64,000 nucleotides of DNA from Squalus acanthias (Eukaryota): positions 81,468,001-81,532,000 of the forward strand of contig CM059435.1 in the NCBI GenBank assembly GCA_030390025.1, given 5' to 3'. The position numbers and the translations under genes are program-made. Of the stretch, positions 24,870 to 37,949 are shown piece by piece; positions within the stretch are counted from its first letter, which is position 1; every line of letters starts with the position of its first letter. Under the pieces are notes generated by a model that did not search any database, was not told where the DNA came from, and saw only the letters and a program-made list of their open reading frames with translations.

Positions 24870-25550
24870 TTACTGCTCTGTCCTGGATTGTGCTGAACTT
24901 CTTGAGTGTTATTGCAGCTGCATCCATCCAGGAAAGTGGTAAGTATTCCATTGCACTCCTAACCTGAGGCTTGTAGATGGTGGAGAGGATTTGAGGGGCC
25001 AGGAGTTGAGCCACTTGCCACAGAGTGTCCAGTCTCTGTGTAGTTATTGTGTTGCTTTGGCTGGTGCAGTAAAACTTCTGGTCAGTAGTGACCCTCAAGA
25101 TATTGATGTTGGGAGACTCAATGATTGTGGTGCCATTGAATATCGGGGGAGATGGTTGGGCTTTTTCTTGTTCAAAATGGTCATTGACTGGAATTTATAT
25201 GGTGCAAATATTATCTACCACTTACCAGCCCAAGCCTGGATGTTATCCAGGTCCTGTTGTAGGCTGGTATGGGCTGTGCCTTCTACTACCAAGAAGGACA
25301 AGAGCAACAATGTTGTGGCAACACCATCACCTCTGAGACACACACCATCCTGACATGAACATATATCACTGTTCCTTCATTGTCTCTGGTTCAGAATCCT
25401 GGAATTCCCTTACTTGATATTATTGTGGGGCCACCATCACCAGGAGGATGACAGTGTTTCAAGAGAAGGCCCACCACCACTTCGCATGGCAACTAGGAAT
25501 GGGCAATAATTGTGGCCTTGCCAGCATTTCCCACATTCTGAGTACAAATT
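24870..25550. mobile_element. CR1-group LINE with inverted 5' segment (minus 24870-25285, plus 25290-25550)
   Basis: Minus strand IYKPQVRSAMEYLPLSWMDAA..LKKFSTIQDRA; plus strand PRRTRATMLWQHHHL then 3'UTR matching 11392-11568. Confidence 0.72.
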
Positions 25551-26567
25551 ATATATATATATTGGAAAACATCAACATTTAATAGCTTGATTGAATTTTT
25601 ACTACTGCTTTTAATATTTTAAATGTCTGTTTTTGTTGGTTATTTCATTATTATTAATTAATTGCTTTGTTTCTATAACCATTTGTAACCATTATGATTG
25701 TGGAAGGGATTACACAGACAGGGTGGAATGGGTCAGATGATCTATTGTGAACTTGAAAATGTAGAAAAACATACCAAATAAAATGTCAAAAATCACAATT
25801 TTCGAAGTGAAGGGTTGCATGCCCCAAGAGCACTCTAGAAAATAAATCACGTGCCTTCATTTATTCTGTGCCCTTTCAGACTTTCGTGTACTCATGCTTT
25901 TTGTTCCTCCAATGTACGTGAAAGAATGTTGGATATATCTACAACTTAAGTTACAAGAAGTATGTGTCTCTCTGCACTTTTTGTATAATTACTTGTTTTG
26001 CTTTATATTCAGGGCCATTTTTGAATTATTATTTGGGACTGTGCCAGTTTTTTTGAACCGCTGGTCAGTTTTTGCTGGTCCTACAGGCTAGTATGTATGT
26101 TTATTAAATATTTACTTCCTGGAAGTAATCACTAAAGAAAACATTAGTAACATGGCTACCCATCACAGGAGGATTTACGAGTAATTTAATAATTTTGATG
26201 GGAGGCCGTAGACAGGCTCAAAACAATTAAATCCCCAGGGCAAATATCCAAGGGTGCTAGGTGAGATTAGGGATGAAATCTGCAAAGTACTGATGGTCAT
26301 TATGAAGGAATTGATGAACACGGGAGGTCTCACTGGATTGAAAAGAAGCAAACATGGCAGCTATCTTCAACAAAGGTGACAAAACCCAAATCAGTCCCCT
26401 TAGTCTTATATACATCATTGATTGCATTATTTTATTTTGCCAATCATAAGGAACAAACCAGGGGATTATCTGTATGAGAATAATATAGTAAATGGAAGTC
26501 AATGTGATTTTAGAAGGGAAAGATCATGCTTGACAAACATTCTTGACTATTTTGAAGAAATTTTGAA

Positions 26568-27655
26568 AATTGGTTAACAGACAGGAAACAGAGAGTAGGA
26601 ATAAATGGGTCTTTTTCGGGTGGCAGGCGGTGACTAGTGGGGTACCGCAGGGATCAGTGCTTGGGCCCCAGCTAGTCACAATATATATCAATGATTTGGA
26701 TGAGGGAACCAAATGTAATATTTCCAAGTTTGCTGACGACACGAAACTAAGTGGGATTGTGAGTTGTGAGGAGGATGCAAAGAGGCTTCAAGGCGATTTA
26801 GACAAGTTGAGTGAGTGGGCAAATACATGGCAGGTGCAGTATAACGTGGATAAATGTGAAGTTATCCACTTCGGTAGGAAAAACAGAAAGGCAGAATATT
26901 ATTTAAATGGTGATAGATTGGGAAATGTTGATGTACAAAGGGACCTGGGTGTCCTTGTACACCAGTCACTGAAAGCAAACATGCAGGTGCAGCAAGCAGT
27001 TAGGAAGGCAAATGGTATGTTGGCCTTCATTGCAAGAGGATTTGAGTACAGGAGCAAGGATGTCTTACTACAGTTATACAGGGCCTTGGTGAGACCACAC
27101 CTGGAGTACTGTGTGCAGTTTTGGTCTCCATACCTAAGAAAGGATATACTTGCCATAGAGGGAGTGCAGTGAAGGTTCACCAGACTGATCCCTGGGATGG
27201 CAGGCCTGTCGTATGAGGAGAGATTGGGTCGACTAGGCCTGTATTCACTAGAGTTTAGAAGAATGAGAGGGGATCTCATTGAAACGTATAAAATTCTGAC
27301 AGGGCTAGACAGACTGGATGCAGGGAGGATGTTTCCCCTGGCTGGGGGCTCTAGAACGAGGGGGTCACAGTCTCAGAATACAGGGTAGGACATTTAGGAC
27401 TGAGATGAGAAATTTCTTCACTCAGAGGGTGTTGAACCTGTGGAATTCTCTACCACAGAAGGCTGTGGAGGCCAAGTCACTGAATATATTTAAGAAGGAG
27501 ATAGATAGATTTCTAGACACAAAAGGCATCAAGGGGTATGGGGAGAGAGCGTGAATATGGTATTGAGATAGAGGATCAGCCATGATCATATTGAATGGTG
27601 GAGCAGGCTCGAAGGGCCGAATGGCCTACTCCTGCTCCTATTTTTCTATGTTTCT
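26568..27655 (+). mobile_element. Young 5'-truncated CR1 (HER1-like) LINE
   Basis: ORF 26570-27172 SGVPQGSVLGP...KFADDTKL...LVRPHLEYCVQFWSP with one internal stop, then C-terminus and tail gggccgaatggcctactcctgctcctat..ttctatgtttcta. Confidence 0.96.
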
Positions 27656-28369
27656 AACAATTAAAATGACAATTTTCATGATTTATACCTAGACTTTCAA
27701 AATGTTTATTCCACGTCAAGGCTGCTACATTGCACAAGCTTAACAGAGTAGGTATGTATGGTGTAACTTAGAGGAGATAAGGAACTGGCTCAAAGAGAGG
27801 AAGCAGCGGGTAATAATTGGGGAGAGATATCAAGCTGGGGAGATGTACTGAGTAGAGTACTTCGGGGAACCCGCCTAGTCCTACTTTTATTTGAGGCTCA
27901 GTTTCAGAAAGGAAATATAATTTGGTCAAAGTTTCAAATGATCCTAAGCAAAAGGATAGGAATAGTCAAATCTAATGTGGCGGTCAAGGAACTATAGCAG
28001 GACCTAGATAAAATTTGCAAGTGGGCACAGTTCAAGAAGTGGATGGTATTGTATACTGGGGGAGATGCTCAATGAATGGTGATGAACCAGGTAGGGAAGA
28101 GGCTGAAATAAATCTGGAATAATCTAAGCATCTCCAATCACCACAAAGTGGCAATCAAAAAGTAAGCAGAATACTAAGCTATAGTGCCATGTCAGTAGAG
28201 TAGAAGTCTGATGTAATCACACTGAAACAGTACTGTGCTTTAGATTGGCCACACTTTGAGTACTGCATCTAATTCTGGTCAATAAGGTACAAGAGAATAA
28301 TCCAAACCCAGGAAGTGGTGCAGGGTTGGGCTACAGAGTGATCACTAGTGTCAGAGAACTGAAATAAGA

Positions 28370-28618
28370 TTTGGATATAAGGGGCACAATATCAAAGTTT
28401 GTAGACAATACAAAACTAGGGATTCTAAGCGATTTCAGGAGGACATAGACAGAATAGTAGATTGGGAAGATAGATGTCAGATGAAATTCAATGTGGAGAA
28501 ATGTCAAGAGATAGATTTTGGAAGAAATATTAATGAGAGGACATATAGACTAAATGGTAACATTTCAAAAGGAATAGAGGAGCATAAATAATTAAAATTG
28601 GAAGGGCAAGTTGATAAA
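28370..28618 (+). mobile_element. CR1 RT fragment
   Basis: SKFVDNTKLG, FQEDIDR, MKFNVEKC. Confidence 0.75.
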
Positions 28619-29055
28619 GAGGAGAGATTGAGTAGACTAGGCCTATGTTCCCTTGAGTTTAGAAGAATGAGAGGTGATCACATTGGAACATATAAGATTC
28701 TGAGAGGGATTGAGAGGATGTTTTCCCTGGTGGGGGTATCTAGAACTAGGGAGCATAGTTTCAGAATAAGGGGTCGCCCATTTAAGACGGAGATGAAGAG
28801 GAATTTCTTCTCTGAGGGTCGTGAATCTTTGGAATTCTCTACCCCAGAGAGCTGTGGAGGCGGAGTCATTGAATATATTCAAGGCGGAGATTGACAGACA
28901 GTTGAACTACAAGGGAGTCAAGGGGTATGGGGAGAGAGCGGGAAAGTGGTGTTGAGGCCAAGATTGGATCAGCCATGATCTTATTGAATGGCGGAGCAGG
29001 CTCGAGGGGCCCGATTGGCCTACTCCTGCTCCTGTTTCTTATGTTCTTATGTTCA
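28619..29055 (+). mobile_element. Young CR1 3' end
   Basis: EERLSRLGLCSLEFRRMRGD...; tail ttcttatgttcttatgttc. Confidence 0.93.
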
Positions 29056-29648
29056 TATGGAATGATTGAAGTCGATAACATTGACAGATTTAAGGGGAGG
29101 TTTGGTGCATGCATGAGGGAGAAGGGAATGGAGGATTATGGGGGCAGGATGGCAAGAGGTAATTAGAATGGCGGGAGGCTTGTGTAGAATATAAACACCG
29201 GCATAGACGGTTGGGTCAAATAATCTGTTTCTGTGCCGTATGTAAAAGCTGGGACTCTTTTCATTTGAACAAAGAAATTTAAGAAGAGATCTGATAGAGA
29301 TGTACACAATTATGAAGTGTTTTGATATAATAAATTGTGAAAAATTCTTTTCACTGGTCGGTGAGTTGGTAATTTGAGGGCTTAAATTTAAGCTCATCAC
29401 CAAAAGAACGAAGGGAGAGGATAGGTTTTTTTTTGCAGAGAGTGGTTAAGGCGCATGGAATTCCCTACCAGCAACTGGTGGAAGCAGAAGCTAGAATAGC
29501 AATTAAAATGAAAGTGGATAAATTTCATAAAAAGAAAAAAATTAAAGGGTATGGGGAATGGGCCTAAGTTAATAGGTCGTTCAGAGAGCTGACACAGACA
29601 CGATGGCTCAAATGGCCTTTTGCTGTGCTGCAAAATTCTACCGTTCTA
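29056..29648 (+). mobile_element. Two further CR1 3' ends in tandem (29056-29245; 29247-29648)
   Basis: Each ends in a CR1 hairpin/tail (..ctgtttctgtgccgta; ..aatggccttttgctgtgctgcaaaattcta). Confidence 0.8.
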
Positions 29649-29683
29649 CGAGGAGAGGCTGGAGAATATACTAAAGAAACATA

Positions 29684-29855
29684 GGGGGTAATTTTAACCT
29701 AACCTTCCCAGTGGGAAACTGACACAATCCGATTGGCCGCCCGTTTTACACATTGTCTTATTTCACTTTCTATTGAGGTCATGGGAAAGTAAAATCGGAC
29801 AGGGTGTAAAACAGGCGGACGATCTGATCACATCAATTAGGTTAAAATTATTTCC
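29684..29855. mobile_element. Palindromic (foldback) MITE
   Basis: TIR gggggtaattttaaccta / taggttaaaattatttcc; internal arms ccgcccgttttacac / gtgtaaaacaggcgg. Confidence 0.8.
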
Positions 29856-31344
29856 ACAGACTTCAAACCTTGAAAAGAGCTGGATGAGGGGGAACCCTAT
29901 AGAGATATATAGGATACTAAGCAGAATAGAAAACGTATGCTCAGAGTGATACTTTAAATAAAACTACCAACTGCTGGACAAGGGGATATGGGGACAAACT
30001 GGTAAATGGCAAGTACAGGACTGATGCGGAGACGCACTTCATGCAGAGCATGATCATTACCTGCAGTGGTCAATACATGCTGAGGCAAAAATGCTGGAAT
30101 ACAAAAAAAGACAAAAGACCAGCTCACCCATCAAACCTGTCCCATTCTGACATGGTGCAACCTACACACACCATCAACCCATCTCATACCCCACAGTTTT
30201 GCAATGTCCTTGGAGAGGCAAAAACACAAAGAAAAAAATCCTTTAGCCAATTTAGGAAAAAAAAAACCTATGGGAAATTTATCTCCAACCCCCAAAGGCA
30301 ATCAAGAAAGTTCCAGGAAACTGCAATGACTGATATCACTAGTCTAGGTTAACCTTCCATAATTCGAGTCATTCGAGAGGCAGTCAGCTGCTGTGATGTG
30401 GGAACTACAGGTTTCTGTGGAAAAATGGACCAAATGATATCCTCACCTTTGTGATAACAGAAATCTGCCACCTGCGCATTGCAACTAGCAGATTCAATCC
30501 TCGGGCCATTAGCTGCAGCATAACTGGAGCCTTCAAAGGGAATTTGTGATGTAAATGCCTGTCCAATGGCATGTATGTGACACAAAGGCATTAATTACTT
30601 TGTCAAATATACTAGATGACTGTGGATGAAGAAATGAAATAAATCCAATACTGAGACTATTAAATAACTCTTCTATTATCCTATTACACTTGTGAGAGTC
30701 GGAATCTTATTTATGGACTGCTTAAAATGAAGGTCATATTAGCATGCACACAATGACTGCTGATGGAAGCTTTAGGTGGGTGTTCTTTCGTGTGTATGTA
30801 TGTTTGTAAAAATTGTTTATATGTAATCACTTTTCCTCAGTTATGAATGTTTTTTAGTTAAGGATTAGGGATATATAGAAAGATGACTTCCCAGGAAAAT
30901 ATGAAAGTTTTTAAAACAAAAGTATAAAACCTCTTTAAATATATTTTGTTGTTTCAAAGGTTTTTTGATGAAAGATAAGCAACGACCCAGTCAGTGCATT
31001 TGTGATGTAAATGTTGGGTTTATTAATTAAGAGGGTGAACATCACAAAATTTGTTTTAGATCTCATTTTTATTTGCAGTCTGTTAGTCTGGCACTTTGTA
31101 TATGATCTTATGATTCAAAAGATGTCATCTGAGCGCATTGCTTCATGATTGAAATTATTCTATGAGTTTAATGAGGCTTTTTCATTTATAGTTACAGAAT
31201 AAACACAAAATATGTTGTTGGACAGAATATTTACCCAATGGGTGGAACCAATGTTGACATGCATTCGCAATTGTGTCACTTGTGTATTAATTGGTTGATT
31301 CAGCTGGTGGAAAAATATTGTCTAGTGGATGCCTATTTGACCTC

Positions 31345-31800
31345 TTGGCTCAATCTTTGTCTCTTAAGTCAATAGGTGGTTGGTTCTAGCCCTACTTCAG
31401 GACTTGAGTACATAATTTAAGTTGACACTGCAGGCAGTACCAATGGAGTGCTGTATTGTCAATATGCTGTTCTTAGGTTGAGGAATTAAAGCTGAGCCTT
31501 GCCTTCCTGTTCCAATGGTTCAGCTGGATGCTAAAGATCACAGTGCACTATTTGAAGAAGAGCAGGAAGCTGTCCCAGCAAATGTTCTTCCCTCAACCAA
31601 CATCACCAAAAATGGATAAACTGGTCATTCATCTTATTGTAGATTGTGGGATCTACCTGTGTGCAAAATGACTGCTTCATTTGCCTACATAAGTCACTGT
31701 ACTTCATAATGGTTCATTGTATTCGAAGAGCTTTGAGAAATTACTAAATGATGTGATAAGGGGCTATATAAATGCAAGTCTTTCTATTTCTCTTTCTTTC
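31345..31800 (+). mobile_element. Deu-domain SINE (diverged)
   Basis: caggacttgagtacataat, ttccctcaaccaacatcacc and tail gctatataaatgcaagtctttc. Confidence 0.78.
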
Positions 31801-32579
31801 TCTCCCTATCAGATAACACAAAGACACACTTAAATATCTACAATAGAAACTTAGAAACACCGCATCTAAAGATGTTTTTTGCAAACGGGTGCCTGAAGTG
31901 GGAGGAGTAATGAAGCCATATGCTCTGAAACTGTACTGTATTTTTGGGAGTGTTAATATTGTTTTTCTCTGTATTTGTGTGATTTCAAATTTCTTTAGTT
32001 TATCATTTACTTTATTACAGTGTTCTATAATGGGAACCGTTGGCCAGTTTGTGAGTGAGTTACAATGTCTGGTTAGTTTCTGCAACATTTGAAAGCTGCT
32101 TTCAATTTGTTCAAGTGCATGTAATGGAGGTCCCATTGTTACCATGAGGTAACATTGCTCATATCAGAATAATCAACGTCCAGAGGGGAATGTGAAGCAT
32201 GACTTTAATGATCAATATGAATTTAATTGATTGCAAACTCCACACTGAGGCAGTCAGTCAGATTGAACTGGGAACACAAATTTCAGCTCCCCATGCCTAT
32301 TTCTGCAATTTTCATGCAGTTTCCTTTTTTTTAATGATTAGGTTGTGTGAACAAATGTTTTGACAGGACTAAAAGAGCAACATAAGACTATAAGTTGTTG
32401 TTGGTGATAATAGTGGTTGTACAGAGATCGTAACCAGTTTATTTTAAATGAATTAATATTCATTAAAATAGCGGACAATGGAATTCGGTATGAATGTATT
32501 ACAAATTTGCAATAATTTCTAGTCTCAGGTGTTTGAAGGTTTTAAAAAAGGCAAATATTTGAAATGCACAGCAATTTAA

Positions 32580-33000
32580 TTAGAATGATAGAATCCATTC
32601 GGCCCATAGTGCCTGTGCCGGCTCTTTGGTAGAGCTATCCAATTAATCCCACTCCCCTTTTCCCACAGCCCTGTAACTTTTTTCCCTTCAACTATTTATC
32701 CAATTCTCTTTTGAATGCTACTATTGAATCTGCTTTCAGCATCCTTTCAGGCCGTGCATTCCAGATCACAACAACTCACTGTGTCAAAAAATGTTTCCTC
32801 ATGTCGCCTTTGTTCTTTTGCCTGTGTTCTCTGGTTACCAACTCTTCTGCTACTGGGAACAGTTTCTCTTTATTTACTCTATCAAAACCTTTCATGATTT
32901 TGAACACCTCTATCAAATCTCCTCTTAACTTTCTCTGCTTTAAGGAGAACAACCCCAGCTTCTCCAGTCTCTCTCATAACTGAAGTCCCTCATCCCATTG
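32580..33000 (-). mobile_element. CR1 3' end
   Basis: Antisense CR1 tail ccattcggcccatagtgcctgtgccggctc and RT C-terminus. Confidence 0.9.
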
Positions 33001-33897
33001 AAATTTAAAATTGGAAAAGACAGGTTAATGTTTGAGTGTTATTTTTTGAACTTGGATCTAAGATTTTACTTCAACGATATTGACTTGCTCTTATCCCTCC
33101 TGAAGGTACTTTATTAGCATATCCTGAATCTTAAGTAATCCCCCATCCGCCTCTGGGCTGCCATGGGATCTGGGATAGGGACGATGGGATAATGAGTCAG
33201 TTTGCCTCTTGAATGTGAAATTCCCTGTTGATGGGATTAATGCAGGTGCAAGTTGCAAATGTTTTCAGTTCACAAAATAACACCTGGACCTAGATTCCCA
33301 GTGAAAGCCTGAAGTCCCTACAACTAGTTTTCTTTTTGAATATTTAAAATATCTAACCCTCCCAGGATAAATAATGTTACTGTGAAAGGCAGAATTAGAT
33401 TAGACTCCAAAATGTCAGAAAACATACCATATTAATAGTCAAATATGAGCCTTTTCTGGGGCAGGGCATGTCCCGATTCCCTGATGGATCGTGGCTTCAG
33501 GGCTCACATTCCTCTTCAGCACATACATCAGCACTCACATTCAACTTCAGTAATCTCTCAATTCACCACTGCTGCAAACTATACTGTGATGCACTTTAGG
33601 TCTTTTACCCTGCAATAAAAATGATGGAATGTTGGGTATACCTGCAGTTATGACAAGCCCATATTCCAATGCACTTTCAGCCTAAGTCTTTGTTTTCTTG
33701 TACTATAAAGCATATGTTCATGGCTGTTTTTTGAGGTAATGGCCAGTTTTTGCTCATTTTCTAAGTTGGCATGTATGTATCTACAGTACTACTAGAAAAT
33801 GTAGAAAAAATATGCTATTGTGATTATAGGGTTAACAAGAAGTAATAGCCTTGATAGAATCACAGTCTTATCTCTTTAACATATCCTGCCTCATTAC

Positions 33898-35452
33898 ATA
33901 CAACAACAACAACTTGTATTATTATAGCGCCTTTAACATAGTAAAACGTTCCAAGTCGCTTCACAGGTGCATTATAAGACAAAAAATTTGACACCGAGCC
34001 ACATAAGGATAAATTAGGGCAGGTGACCAAAAGCTTGGTCAAAGAGGTAGGTTTTAAGGAGCGTCTTAAAGGAGGAAAGAGAGGTAGTGAGGCGGAGAGG
34101 TTTAGGCAGGGAATTGCAGAGCTTAGGGCCTAGGCAACAGAAGGCACAGCTACCAATGGTTGAGCGTTTATAATCAGGGATGCTCAAGAGGCCAGAATTA
34201 GAGGAACGCAGATATCTTGGGGGGTTGTGGGGCTGGAGGAGATTTCAGAGATAGGGAGGGGTGAGGCCATGGAGGGATTTTAAAACAAGGATGAGAATTT
34301 TGAAATTGAGGCATTGCTTAACTGGGAGCCATTTTGGGTCAGCAAGCACATGGGTGATTTGGTGCGAGTTAGGACACGGGCAGCCGAGCTTTGGATGACC
34401 TCAAGTTTACGTAGGGTAAAATGTGGGAGGCCAGCCAGGAGTGCGTTGGAATAGTCATTGCAGGTGATTCTCTGGCTACGATTAGATAGATAAGAATGGA
34501 ACCAGGCGAGTGCAGTCCCACCTAGCTGGACGACGGTGGGGAGGCATTGGAGAAGGATGGAGGGGTCAACCGTGTCAAAGGCTGCAGACAAGTCAAGAAG
34601 GACGATGAGGGATAGTTTACCTTTGTCACAGTCACAAAGGATGTCATTTGTGACTTTGATGAGAGCCGTTTTGGTACTGTGGCAGGGGCGGAAACCTGAT
34701 TGGAGGGATTCAAACATGAAGTTGCGGGAAAGATGGGCACGGATTTGGGAGGCGACAACACGTTCAAGGACTTTGGAGAGGAAAGGGAGGTTGGAGATGG
34801 GGCGGTAGTTTGCAAGGACGGAGAGGTCAAGAGTTGTTTTTTTGAGGAGAGGGGTGATGACAGCAGATTTGAAGGAGAGGGGGACAGTACCTGAGAGAGA
34901 GCCGTTAACAATGTCAGCTAACATGGAGCCAGAAAAGGAAGTTGGGTGGTCAGCAGTTTGGTGGGAATAGGGTCGAGGGAGCAGGAAGTGGGTCTCATGG
35001 ACAAGATGAGCGCGGAGTGGTCAGGAGGGGAGATCGGAGAGAAACTGGAGAAAGATGTGAGTTCAGGGCTAGGGCAGGGGGAACCTTAGAGGAAGGAAAG
35101 TGGCAGAGGCAGCTGAACAGATGGTCTCAATCTTAGAGACAAAGAAGTCTATGAGCTCCTCACACTTGTTGTCGGAGGTGAGGGTGGAGGAGACAGGGAA
35201 GAGGGGTTTAAGAAGACGGTTAGCAGTGGAGAATAGAAGCTGGGGTTTATCTTTGCATTCCAGAGTGATTCTGGAATAGTGAGCAATTTTGGCAGACGAG
35301 AGCAGGACCCGATAATGCTTTATGTGGTCCAGCCAAATCTGGCAGTGAATGGCTAAACCAGTTGTCCGCCATATCCGTTCAAGGTTGTGTCCCTTGGACT
35401 TAAGGGAGCGAAGATGAGGGCCATACCGGGGAAATGGTCAGGGTGAGAGAGG
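33898..35452 (-). mobile_element. L2 LINE, 5'-truncated, internally deleted, with (TTG)n tail
   Basis: ORF 34280-34924 NYRPISNLPFLSKVLERVV...QSGFRPCHSTKTAL...LLDLSAAFDTVD; caacaacaacaac at 33901-33913. Confidence 0.96.
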
Positions 35453-36129
35453 GTAATTGTTTTAATAGGGGCGAGCCTCTGTGTGCAACCCTCTTTGTGC
35501 TCCAATCCTTCTGTAGCTATACCTCAGAATGTTCAATATTACAGATACACAGAAAGTTATCTTTGGCCATGTTAAATGATAGAAAACATGAAATTATTTC
35601 AAAAGCTACAACAAATATTGACACAAGAAGGAAACAAATTTGGATATTTCATTGAACATAATTGCCAACATGAACACTGCTTCATTTCCAGGAGAAAACA
35701 GTTGTACTTTTGAACAAAATGGAGAAAATAATTCAAGGCAATATTCCAGGAATTCCTGATATATTTTAAAAATGCTGAGAACTGAAAGCCATTTGACCTG
35801 GCTGTGAGGCAAATTATTGGTGCGTCATCTAAAAATTTGGACAAGCAGATAATGCTCCTGTTGGCCTATATAACGAAAGCACTGCATTCAAAACAAAATC
35901 CATTTCAGATGTTTCTTATTGATAGGACACTATATAGTGCAAGTATTTTATATAAAGAATGATGATCCAGGAACCAGGAAAAACATCTTGCACTAACAAT
36001 GGACAGGCCTGATTAATAACACAAACAACATTTGTTCTTTGGTGCTCATCTCCCTCAACACATAACAATGTAAGGTACTTTACAATGTAATCTTTTAGCC
36101 CCAAAAAATACTTGGTTAAAGAAAGAGTA

Positions 36130-36780
36130 TCTCCCCATAATGGTTGAATTGATAAGTACAGTACATGCTGTGGTGCTGAGGCATTGAATTCAGGAAGGCC
36201 CTAGGTTTGATCCCCACTGTGCGCTGATCTAGTTGATCTAAGATGAGATGTGTAGGGGCCTTACAGTTGACTACAGCATCCACAGGCTGTAGTAAAATCT
36301 GCTGGGGTTTATGCTGTTGATGACTGTGATCTCTCCTGGTCAGTACGCATGTGCAAGAAGCATGACAACAGAATTGGACGTGACTGTGATGCCCCCACCA
36401 TCAAGTAACCTGCTGACACTCCTGGCTCACAAATTAAGAATGGCCATTTGGGTGAGGTGCCAGAGGAATGCTTATGAGAACAGGACTGCCACCCCCCCCC
36501 CCAACTGCAGTCACTCAGTGGGTAAATGTAATATTGTGTGGGACTGAATATCACAGGCCAAGAAAATCCCAGATGTCTGGCAGTATTGTTAGCCAGTTTT
36601 ACTCGGGGCAGTAGTTCAGAGAAGGGGGTGGCTGGGCACTGATCAGGGATCACCCCTGGGATCTTCCTGGTTTGTATGGTTCCTTGGCACACGCCATACA
36701 CCTGGCATCCATAGATTGATACCTCAGCAGGAATCTCTGCTTTCAGGATATGAAGAGAGAAAATTGTTTAAAAAAAATTA
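36130..36780 (+). mobile_element. Unclassified SINE-like repeat with an inverted related segment (~36500-36700)
   Basis: Head caggaaggccctaggtttgatcccc and its reverse-complement-like gggatcacccctgggatcttcctg. Confidence 0.5.
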
Positions 36781-37024
36781 AAACAGATGTATATGGAAGT
36801 GACTTCAAGGCTGTGATCTGAGGTTAGAGTTCAGGTGAGATTTATAAACTGCTCAATCATTTTATGATGTACTCTGAACGCCTTGATCAGACTGTTGCTT
36901 GGTAATCACTCCATTATCCTCTCTCTCTGGGCTAAAAGTAATCCAAATTCGTATTTAGCTATCATGGCCACCAAAGCTGAGTAAAAAGCACGGATTGTGA
37001 TATAATCCTTTCTCTTTGAACTAG

Positions 37025-37180
37025 GAACATAAGAAAGAACACAGGAACAGGAGTAGGCCATTCACTCTCTCACTGGCTGATCTGTATCTTAATTCCATCT
37101 ACCCGCCTTGGTTCCGTAACCTTTAATACCCTTGCTTATCAAAAATCTTATCAATCTCAGTTTTGAAATTTTTAACTGAA
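37025..37180 (-). mobile_element. CR1 3' tail fragment
   Basis: aggaacaggagtaggccattc...taatacccttg. Confidence 0.75.
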
Positions 37181-37949
37181 GATACTTGAGTCCTTTTTCA
37201 TTTATGTAACCACCACAATTTTTACAATTTGCATCAGGTCTCTCCCAAACTCTGAATGCAATACCTATAAACAAAAGAAATAATTTGAAGTGGCAGATAT
37301 AATTTCTGAGGGGCTTACACAAAGTTCACGTACCTAGGAGCCCATTCAAACTTCGATGTTCACTGTTAAGGAATCCAATAAAGATTCACGGTGTTGGAAT
37401 GTGTTTTTCTAATAATAGAGATAGAGGCTGTAGCCCTTATCTGTATACCAGAAATAAGGGTTCTGGACGCAGTGGACAAAACACTTGCAAGTTAATTAGG
37501 GATAAATGAACATATACTCACCGCCCGCCTACTGTGATACCCACTGTGGTAACACTTGTATTATAGGAAAAAAAAGATTAAAGTATGTAAAACTGCAGTT
37601 TGCAGCAGTGACAGATTTAAAACATTATAAAAGGGATGTGAGTGGTGAAGGCACTAGACTTATTTTCACGAGGTGAGGGACGATATATCCCCCAGGAAGA
37701 TCTTGTTTTTGGAGACTTGCAACAGGAACGCGCTGGAAGGGCTGTGGATTTTTGGCATTGATATATTTTTAAGCCTTGAATGTGCCATATAACTCTTAAT
37801 TCCACCTGCCTGGAATTTTTGGTGATAGAGTTCATTCTTCACCTTCACCAGCCTTCACTAAAAAGAAGTCTTCAACATTGATTGATTATTCTTGAAGATG
37901 AAAAATGACGTCTTAAATGAATCCAATGCTGTCCTGGGCGGTCTGGTGC

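Larger units (their letters stand above)
26200..30090 (+). mobile_element. Old CR1 ORF2 host element split by several younger insertions
   Basis: Collinear decayed RT motifs: DWKEANMAAIFNKG, GRSCLTNILDYFEE (to 26565), IYLDFQ (~27685), EYCI.FW (~28260), YEERLE (29647), 3' portion to ~30090. Confidence 0.7.

Noticed and set aside
26570-27172. Long ORFs (also 34280-34924, 41204-41938, 59613-61160) as host genes
   Set aside because: All are LINE RT fragments with truncations, stops and retroelement tails.
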